A DNA stretch of 35,600 nt, the filler included, from Candidatus Fermentibacterota bacterium (GTDB taxonomy: Bacteria > JAFGKV01): assembly GCA_016928395.1 (NCBI GenBank). It is 2 parts of 2 records of this genome, joined end to end, with 100 filler letters (N's around TTAATTAATTAA, not from the genome) between each part and the next. Parts side by side here need not be neighbours in the genome. Positions count along the whole stretch, not along the records: positions 29,952 to 35,600 come from JAFGKV010000274.1; 1 more part is not named here. One strand, given 5' to 3'. Made by a program: the position numbers and the translations under genes. The notes under the pieces were generated by a model. It saw only the letters and a list, made by a program, of their open reading frames with translations. It was not told where the DNA came from and made no database searches. Shown here one piece after another: positions 29,953 to 35,600 of the stretch. Numbering within the stretch: the first letter of the stretch is position 1; every line of letters begins with the position of its first letter.

Positions 29953-30870
29953 GGAGCCCAGGCTCCCGGCTGGCCCGTGACGCTGCCGGGTGAGGTCTGG
30001 ACTGAGCCCGTAGTCGCCGATGTCGATGCGGACGGTGTCGTGGAAATCCTCGTCGCATCCAAAGGCTCGGTGTTCATGGTGGAACTGGATGGCACGTTGA
30101 CAACGGTGCACACCGGATCCCCACTGGTGCGGTCCGCACTGCTCGCGTTGGACATGAATGGTGACACGACCCTGGAAGCGATCTTTGCCACCAGCGACAT
30201 GAAGGTGCACGTGATCACTCACGAAGGAGTTCACGTGTCTGGATGGCCTAAGACTTTGCAGGGCTCATCCCTCACGGGCCTGTCCGCCGCAGACCTCGAC
30301 GGCGATGGATTGCCCGAGCTGTTGTGCACCACCGATGGGGGAAGGGCATACTTCCTCGATGGCAATGGACTCATGCTGGCCCCCTCTCCCATACAACTGC
30401 CGAGTGCGCCGTCGTCACCGCCGGCATTGGCCGACCTTGACTCCGATGGCGATCTCGAACTCGTGGTGGGCACCAATGCCGGCATACTCGCCCTTGATCA
30501 CAAGATCGAGGGCACCCGCCCGATCTGGGCTACGCACCGCGTCAATGTGGAGCGGACTGGGTTCTACGTTCGCGATACGGCGTCGGCGCCCCCTGAGGCG
30601 ACGCCACACCCCCGGGTCACCCTTCTGTCGATTACCCCGATTCCCTCGCGGGATCATGTCGTGATCAGATTCTCGTCGCCTGCCGGTAAGCTCGCACACA
30701 TCGACTTGCACGACCTGACGGGCCGGCGGGTCCTGGCCCGAACCATCCGCGCATCCCGTACGGTGTCAGAGGAGAGTGTACCTCTGGGCGCGCTGGTACC
30801 CGGGGTCTATCGGGTTGCGGTGCGAGCTGAAGGAGCAACGTCCTCGGGTATTGTCCTGCGCCTTCCCTGA
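29953..30870 (+). CDS. 5'-truncated FG-GAP repeat protein with T9SS-like C-terminal domain
   Basis: frame open from the gap; PGWP and ADLDGDG repeats; ITPIPSR...DLTGRRV...PGVYRV C-terminal domain. Confidence 0.8.
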   Translation, partial: GAQAPGWPVTLPGEVWTEPVVADVDADGVVEILVASKGSVFMVELDGTLTTVHTGSPLVRSALLALDMNGDTTLEAIFATSDMKVHVITHEGVHVSGWPKTLQGSSLTGLSAADLDGDGLPELLCTTDGGRAYFLDGNGLMLAPSPIQLPSAPSSPPALADLDSDGDLELVVGTNAGILALDHKIEGTRPIWATHRVNVERTGFYVRDTASAPPEATPHPRVTLLSITPIPSRDHVVIRFSSPAGKLAHIDLHDLTGRRVLARTIRASRTVSEESVPLGALVPGVYRVAVRAEGATSSGIVLRLP

Positions 30871-30898
30871 TGGGAGCCCAGACAACGCGTATCCCGCG

Positions 30899-30953
30899 GC
30901 TCTGCGCAGCAGCTTTGCCACGAGGGACCGCCCGGGAAAAGCTGCGCGAGAGC
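30899..30953. terminator. imperfect inverted repeat between convergent genes, possible terminator
   Basis: GCTCTGCGCAGCAGCTTT ... AAAGCTGCGCGAGAGC; no U-tract. Confidence 0.3.
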
Positions 30954-31026
30954 TGAGGTCACTCAGCCTCGACGCCGTCTCTGCGTAATACCTAACTCCG
31001 TTCGATCCCCGCATGGAGTAGAGGCA

Positions 31027-32226
31027 TTACGAGAAAGCGACGCCGGCGAATGACACTGCCGACCGGGTGGCCCCCTCATGCCAGATGTGGTAGTCAATGA
31101 CCCGGCCATGCATGTCGGGGAACAGCTGCATGAGCAGGGCCAGTGTCGAAAGCCCGCAGACATTATACCGGTCACCGACTTCACGGGCTTCACGCCACAG
31201 CTCTTCCACCGATCCCGCACAGAGCGCCTCGAGCAGGCGCTCATCGTGACCTCGAGACTGAGCCTCGATGACTGAGGCCGGGGCATCGTCGCCGAACTTG
31301 GGACCTATGTGGGAGAGATCGACACCGGCGATCACCAAGGTCTGTTCGTCCACAATCTCACCGAGAACCTCCACAAAGGCCGCCACACCAGGAATTTCTG
31401 CGGGGTGAATGACCCTTGACAACCATTCAGAGACCGAGCCACACAGTATGGGCACCAGAGGTACCGGTCCCGGGATGACGTGGCGGAGGAAGAGCACCTG
31501 GAACTCGATTGAGTGTTCTATTCGGTGCGCGAAGTCGTCGGGTGCCAAGGCGGGGGGGCCAACCTGTCGTAGTCTCTGAACAGCCTCGGTGTCATTGGCA
31601 AATCCGCCCAAGGGTGTCTCGTAGGCCTTCGAGCTCACCGAGAAGAGCCCCTGTTCGAGTGCATGCCCGGTCCCAAGCACCACCAGCCGCGATGGAGTCA
31701 TCCCGCGGATAAGCGAGTAGATCTTGCCATAGGTCCTGGCGCCTACGGACAGATTGATATGGGGAGCAACGATCCCTCGAACCGTCAGGCCATTTGGGGT
31801 ATGGTCTCCCCCGGTCGGCACCATCCGCTCTATCATGTCGGCGACACCGGCCCGGTCTGCGGGGTATGCGGTCCCCGCCAGCGCCGGAGGTCTAACCGCC
31901 AGCGCGGCGAATTCAGTCTTGGCCTCGACAAGCCGTGCCGCGTAGCGTTCGGTCTGCAGCAACAGGCGCCGGTCAAGCTCCTGCACCAGGGCACGGACCT
32001 CGCTCTCCAGAACGATCCGATGGCCCCCCGCCCGCATCAGGGCAAGCTGAAGGTCGCGCATGCTGTGCCTGCCGTCAAAGAGCGAAAGCAACGGGGCAGT
32101 CTCTGCGTTCAGGAGTATCACATCATCCTGCGGGGAGAGGCCATCTTTGACCGCGATCACCATCCTGCCCTGGTACTGGGCCTGCACCAGTTGGATGTCC
32201 GTGCGTAGCGTGGGGAGCGTTTCCAT
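31027..32226 (-). CDS. amrB: AmmeMemoRadiSam system protein B (MEMO1 family) with N-terminal extension
   Basis: RPPALAGTAYP, APHI, LGTGH, ETPLG, EHSIEFQ, VPILCG, DLSHIG, NVCG, SAVSFA; ATG 32226. Confidence 0.88.
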   Translation of the reverse strand: METLPTLRTDIQLVQAQYQGRMVIAVKDGLSPQDDVILLNAETAPLLSLFDGRHSMRDLQLALMRAGGHRIVLESEVRALVQELDRRLLLQTERYAARLVEAKTEFAALAVRPPALAGTAYPADRAGVADMIERMVPTGGDHTPNGLTVRGIVAPHINLSVGARTYGKIYSLIRGMTPSRLVVLGTGHALEQGLFSVSSKAYETPLGGFANDTEAVQRLRQVGPPALAPDDFAHRIEHSIEFQVLFLRHVIPGPVPLVPILCGSVSEWLSRVIHPAEIPGVAAFVEVLGEIVDEQTLVIAGVDLSHIGPKFGDDAPASVIEAQSRGHDERLLEALCAGSVEELWREAREVGDRYNVCGLSTLALLMQLFPDMHGRVIDYHIWHEGATRSAVSFAGVAFS

Positions 32227-32268
32227 GTTCTGTCTCACGGGCAGAGAGGCTCTTGAGGCCTGGATACA

Positions 32269-32300
32269 AACGTGGAGGGGCCGCAACGTGGAGGGGCCGC
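32269..32300. repeat. perfect 16-bp tandem duplication
   Basis: AACGTGGAGGGGCCGC x2 upstream of amrB. Confidence 0.85.
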
Positions 32301-32530
32301 CTCGCGCAGTGTGGAGTGTCTCGAGCCTTCGGGATCCTCACCGCTAATCGAGCGGGTGGGAAGGTCCTGCGTGAAAGAAATCACACCTCGTGTCTCCACT
32401 GGACGAGGGAAGGTGCGGATCACGGCGTATCTTGCCTTGATTCGCCCAGCCTGTGCGAGCATCCCGTCTCCCTGCACCCCTCCCGCTCGACACTGGGGGA
32501 TCAATCTTCCAAGACAGGCACTGCTCCTGG

Positions 32531-33238
32531 TCAATGCGTACACAGGGTGTACCGCGCTATCGCCACCAAAAACCGCACATGGAGGCAGGTCGATAGGAAA
32601 TCGGCAGCCTTCTCTGCAGTGGCCTGATCCTCGAAGCGCGCCACCATGAGCCCTGAGCTCCCCCTGGGCGAAGAACAACCCCGCGGATCAATGAAAAGGA
32701 CAAATCGCCGTTCACGGCTGTCGGCAGGATGGAAGCCCTCAGCCCGGAGCAGCTCCACACACCCAGCGGCACACTGCACGTGCATCGATGTCGGCGATTC
32801 GGTTGCATAGAGCTTCTCCATGGTATGGACAAAGTGTCCGTACGACCAGAGTACACCCACATGATAGGGGTCAAGCGCTGGGGCGCTATACAGAGGCGAG
32901 AATTTCCCGGTGTCCGTGTAGAAGAAATGCAGTTCGGACGAAGGCCCGGCCTTGTCGAAGGGGCGTTCACTCAGGAAGCGGTCGACCTCCGGCATCTCGG
33001 CCGCCGTAAACCAACACCCATCATCGTTGACCAGGCCCGGAAGAGCTGCCCAGGAAATGGTTTCGGGCTCGTCCATAAGGCTTTTCAGATGCGCGATGAG
33101 CACCGCGGAACGTCCCAGTCGACGTACATAGTCGTCTTCCGCCAGCAACGCGTGGGCAGAGTCCTGGATAATCTGCAGCAGCACGGGGATCTCAGGATTG
33201 GGACGAGGGGCCAGCAGCCCCAGAGTCTTCTCTCTCAC
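32531..33238 (-). CDS. hypothetical protein (235 aa)
   Basis: AAGGAG RBS before GTG 33238, upstream sigma70-type promoter, globular-looking composition; no family recognised. Confidence 0.65.
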   Translation of the reverse strand: MREKTLGLLAPRPNPEIPVLLQIIQDSAHALLAEDDYVRRLGRSAVLIAHLKSLMDEPETISWAALPGLVNDDGCWFTAAEMPEVDRFLSERPFDKAGPSSELHFFYTDTGKFSPLYSAPALDPYHVGVLWSYGHFVHTMEKLYATESPTSMHVQCAAGCVELLRAEGFHPADSRERRFVLFIDPRGCSSPRGSSGLMVARFEDQATAEKAADFLSTCLHVRFLVAIARYTLCTH

Positions 33239-33333
33239 GGACACCCTCTCCTTCCGATCTGAGCGACGGGATCGGCCGCCGATGTTGAGGTAAGTCGACG
33301 GCGTGGCAACGCGGGGAGACGCCCGTGGACTCC

Positions 33334-33362
33334 TATGTAGGGGAATCACCGGCGTCCGTCAA
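33334..33362 (-). promoter_or_regulatory. sigma70-type promoter of the hypothetical gene
   Basis: minus strand TTGACG, 17 nt spacer, TACATA. Confidence 0.5.
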
Positions 33363-33375
33363 GATCATGGAATCG

Positions 33376-33411
33376 TGGACGAATGGATGAATGGACGAAT
33401 GGATGAATGGA
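33376..33411. repeat. tandem octamer repeat (TGGAYGAA) x4.5
   Basis: TGGACGAA TGGATGAA TGGACGAA TGGATGAA TGGA. Confidence 0.85.
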
Positions 33412-33416
33412 GACTG

Positions 33417-33830
33417 GGCCATCCACTTCACTCCAGTGACCACACCATGTAGTGCCTCGGTATGCTTGAGGTTGAGAACTACCCGAGATCGCTGCAGGAG
33501 CTCACCGAACGATTCGCGACTCAGGACGCGCGCGTGCAGTGCTTGGTAGCGCTTTGGTGACCCGAAGGGTTCGTGTGTCCACGCGGTCAGGGCCGAGATG
33601 GTGCAGGCTGATGAGAAGTACCTCGGCGGGAGGAAGGCAGAGAAACGGGGACGAGGTGCGGGAGGCAAGGTTGCGGTGGGGATTGCAGTGAAAGACACGG
33701 AGCTCAAAGCCATCGGGCGCATGCGTCTGGGAATGTTGCCGGACGTAACGTCAGACTCGTTGGCTGCCTTCATCCAGGAGGCCGTTGCCTCCCGGCAGCG
33801 CGGTAGTCACCTATGGCTCGCAAAGCCGCA
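33417..33830 (+). mobile_element. decayed IS1595-family element (left end plus transposase remnants)
   Basis: end-like GGCCATCCACTTCACTCCAGTGACCACA; MLEVENYPRSLQELTERFAT...W*PEGFVCPR (33462, stop 33558); VQADEKYLGG...RGRGAGGK...IGRMRL (33598); frameshifted PGSAVVTYG. Confidence 0.8.
33462..33830 (+). pseudogene. IS1595/ISXO2-like transposase pseudogene
   Basis: three reading frames, an in-frame TGA, an internal deletion between the Zn ribbon and the DDE region, TDG changed to TYG. Confidence 0.78.
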
Positions 33831-33906
33831 GGAGTTCGGCCACCCGAAGTGGAGAGCCCTGTATTGGAATAGTGCCGCGCAGGACCGCTGGATCACGTCT
33901 GTGTGT

Positions 33907-34941
33907 CTACGGCGTACCCAGGTGAGCCTTCAGCCAGGCAATGCGGTCAGGAGGGCCCTTGAGGCGTTCGCTCCAATCCGGTGCGGGGTTCTGGAAGTAC
34001 CCTTCATGGCGCGTGGTGATAACGCCTTCCAGCGAATCGAACGGGCGGTTCGCGACAAACATCTCGTCGAAGAATACCGGGTAGTTGTACCCGTCAGGCA
34101 GCAATGTCATGCTGTCACGGGAAACGGTGCAAAGGATCGTCGCGCTGAGTGCTGCCTGGTGGAGGAAGATCGCCTTGAACTTGTCTGCCCGACACCAATC
34201 GACGAAGACCGAATCCCGATACAGCACGGGGAAGTCTTTGGCCCACTGCCTGAGAAGGCCGGCCTCTGGGTTCACCACCAAGAGCCCGGCATTGAAGTAG
34301 GGACGCAGAACCTTGCCGTCAGCCACCGTGGGCATGGGAAAGACCGCACGGGGCGGGACTTCGAGCTTTTCATACACCCGTTCCCAGAACTCGTCCAGCG
34401 GCGCATCATACACTGATCCGATGTTCTGATGCATGACGGGTCGATACGCCAGAGTTCCGGAGGTCAGTTCGAACCCCGTGGGTTCATCGAGTATGATCGT
34501 ATCTTCATCCAGGTAGACAAGGGTCGTCGCATGCCCTTCGGCCTCTCCCTCGGCCTGCGCAGCGGCAAAGACCTTCCGCGAGAAGGGAAACCGCAGCGCA
34601 TCGTCCGGGGCCTGACTCACGCGGAAATCCACCGATAGCTCGCGGAAGCTCTTCTCCGCCTTGCCATCCAGGGGAATGAGTGTGGGCGGAAGGTAAACCC
34701 TGACCGGTGCCTGGTGTAGCTTCCCGCCGAACGCTCGGAGACTCTCCACCATGAGACGAATATGATCCAGGCCTGCCCGGTGTTCGGTGAAGGTCGCAAT
34801 GAACACCGGGAACATGGGCGTCTGTGTCGTATCCCGGGTGCTGAGCTCAGAGCTCGACATCATTCCCTCCTCGCAAGAGCCGGGTGGGTGTGCTACCGTG
34901 ATCAGTACTGATGTGGCGAGAGCGGTAACGGCCATGCGCAT
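33907..34941 (-). CDS. exported GT-A fold (GT8-like) protein
   Basis: N-terminal hydrophobic signal; SLRAFGG, KVFA, YLDEDT (DxD), YFNAG, HQAALS, YNYP motifs; GGAGG RBS before ATG 34941. Confidence 0.75.
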   Translation of the reverse strand: MRMAVTALATSVLITVAHPPGSCEEGMMSSSELSTRDTTQTPMFPVFIATFTEHRAGLDHIRLMVESLRAFGGKLHQAPVRVYLPPTLIPLDGKAEKSFRELSVDFRVSQAPDDALRFPFSRKVFAAAQAEGEAEGHATTLVYLDEDTIILDEPTGFELTSGTLAYRPVMHQNIGSVYDAPLDEFWERVYEKLEVPPRAVFPMPTVADGKVLRPYFNAGLLVVNPEAGLLRQWAKDFPVLYRDSVFVDWCRADKFKAIFLHQAALSATILCTVSRDSMTLLPDGYNYPVFFDEMFVANRPFDSLEGVITTRHEGYFQNPAPDWSERLKGPPDRIAWLKAHLGTP

Positions 34942-35299
34942 TGTTCCCTCCTGGGAGCTGGATCGGGGAACTCCCATGTGGCCCGTTCATCCATCGAAGG
35001 TAACGAACCTGCACGCAAGCGCAGCAAGAGCCATGCCTCGACGTTCTGCCTCCAGCCCTCGAATGTTACCGCCCTGGCCCCGACAGGTGCACTCGTCCGG
35101 AAGCGGACAGAAAATCACCATCACGGACGAGGGCGGAGGCCATCCGGGTTCGCTCCACCGTGAGTGTCCCGGCCTTCAGGTGTAGGCTGCAACTTCAGGC
35201 AAAGCCGCCCGCAGCATCCAGCGCTGCGGGACGGAGCGGACGCTCCCCCTCACGGCGAAACGGTGGTGCGGTGTTTTCACGTTCGACTGCCCGGTTCGA

Positions 35300-35329
35300 C
35301 GATTGCGATTACGATGGCGATAGCGATAC
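35300..35329. repeat. degenerate hexamer tandem repeat (CGATNN) x5
   Basis: CGATTG CGATTA CGATGG CGATAG CGATAC. Confidence 0.65.
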
Positions 35330-35359
35330 GAACCCGGAACCGCCGGCGACCATGACAGC

Positions 35360-35404
35360 GTAGGAGGGCCTTCAGGCCCGACAGGGGCGGCGTGTCGCGG
35401 CTGA
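35360..35404 (+). repeat. GTAG-family REP-like palindrome with partial inverted partner
   Basis: GTAG GA GGGCC TTCA GGCCC GAC ... GTCGCGGCTGA. Confidence 0.6.
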
Positions 35405-35450
35405 TAACGTCTCCGTTTGCCAGCCCTTGGGTGCGGGGCGGTCCTGAGAA

Positions 35451-35516
35451 CTGATAGCCGATAGCCGATAGCTGATAGCTGATAGCCGATAGCTGATAGC
35501 CGATAGCCGATAGCTG
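35451..35516. repeat. heptamer tandem repeat (CYGATAG) x9
   Basis: nine full units of CTGATAG/CCGATAG plus CTG. Confidence 0.95.
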
Positions 35517-35600
35517 GTCAAGTCAGAACATGGGTAACGTTTCAGGTTCAGAACATAGGTAACACTTCGTCATTGCGCGGATGGCGATGGACTGGGACGA
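35515..35600 (-). mobile_element. probable IS481-family terminus (element continues beyond the window)
   Basis: subterminal direct repeat TCAGAACATGGGTAAC / TCAGAACATAGGTAAC; minus strand reads SVTYVLNLKRYPCSDLT and KCYLCS..TLPM, typical of IS481 right ends. Confidence 0.55.

Noticed and set aside
24534-30870. Three-gene FG-GAP cluster spanning the gap, or one gene split by it
   Set aside because: The gap is an artificial linker; the upstream ORF has its own stop at 29712 and adjacency is unproven
29952-30881. 10-bp direct repeat GGGAGCCCAG flanking the truncated FG-GAP gene as a target-site duplication
   Set aside because: The first copy is in-frame coding sequence at a contig edge; no mobile element is present; likely chance
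33598-34416. 272-aa ORF as an intact transposase
   Set aside because: Only the first ~65 aa are IS1595-like; the rest is out of frame and antisense to the GT8-like gene
35085-35115. SRP RNA-like GTCCGGAAGCGGAC hairpin
   Set aside because: Lacks the CAGG...GGAA...AGCAG helix-8 arrangement and a long closing stem
35451-35563. CRISPR array
   Set aside because: The heptamers have no spacers, the 16-nt repeat occurs only twice with a 9-nt gap, and there are no cas genes

Overview
GC-rich bacterial sequence, probably from a MAG. Proteins with T9SS/Por-type C-terminal domains suggest an FCB-superphylum lineage (inference). The window contains an artificial 100-nt contig linker at 29852-29951 (44 N + TTAATTAATTAA + 44 N), so the two sides may not be adjacent in the genome. 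The left part (1-29851) is mostly core chromosome. It holds NUDIX and mazG, a sigma-less partner-switch operon (STAS, membrane PP2C-like, RsbW-like kinase) running into a Wzx-like flippase, tRNA-Phe, ctpA-ruvX-mltG, a GT2, gap, tex, glgC plus an FGE-fold protein, and the ffh-rpsP-khpA-rimM-trmD-rplS-rnhB-yraN cluster extended by two lipoproteins. It ends with an ATL protein, a secreted HEXXH metallopeptidase with FG-GAP repeats and a 760-aa ORF. That ORF is the most interesting object. It reads as a cytoplasmic Lon/S16-type Ser-Lys protease domain without an ATPase, followed by one transmembrane helix and an extracytoplasmic FG-GAP/beta-propeller domain, i.e. a candidate receptor protease. The right part holds a truncated FG-GAP protein, a MEMO1/AmrB protein with a PqqD-like N-terminus, an orphan ORF, a decayed IS1595 element, a signal-peptide-bearing GT8-like protein and a repeat-rich end (hexamer and heptamer tandem repeats, a GTAG-type REP, an IS481-like terminus). 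All calls are from motif recognition by eye; no searches were run.
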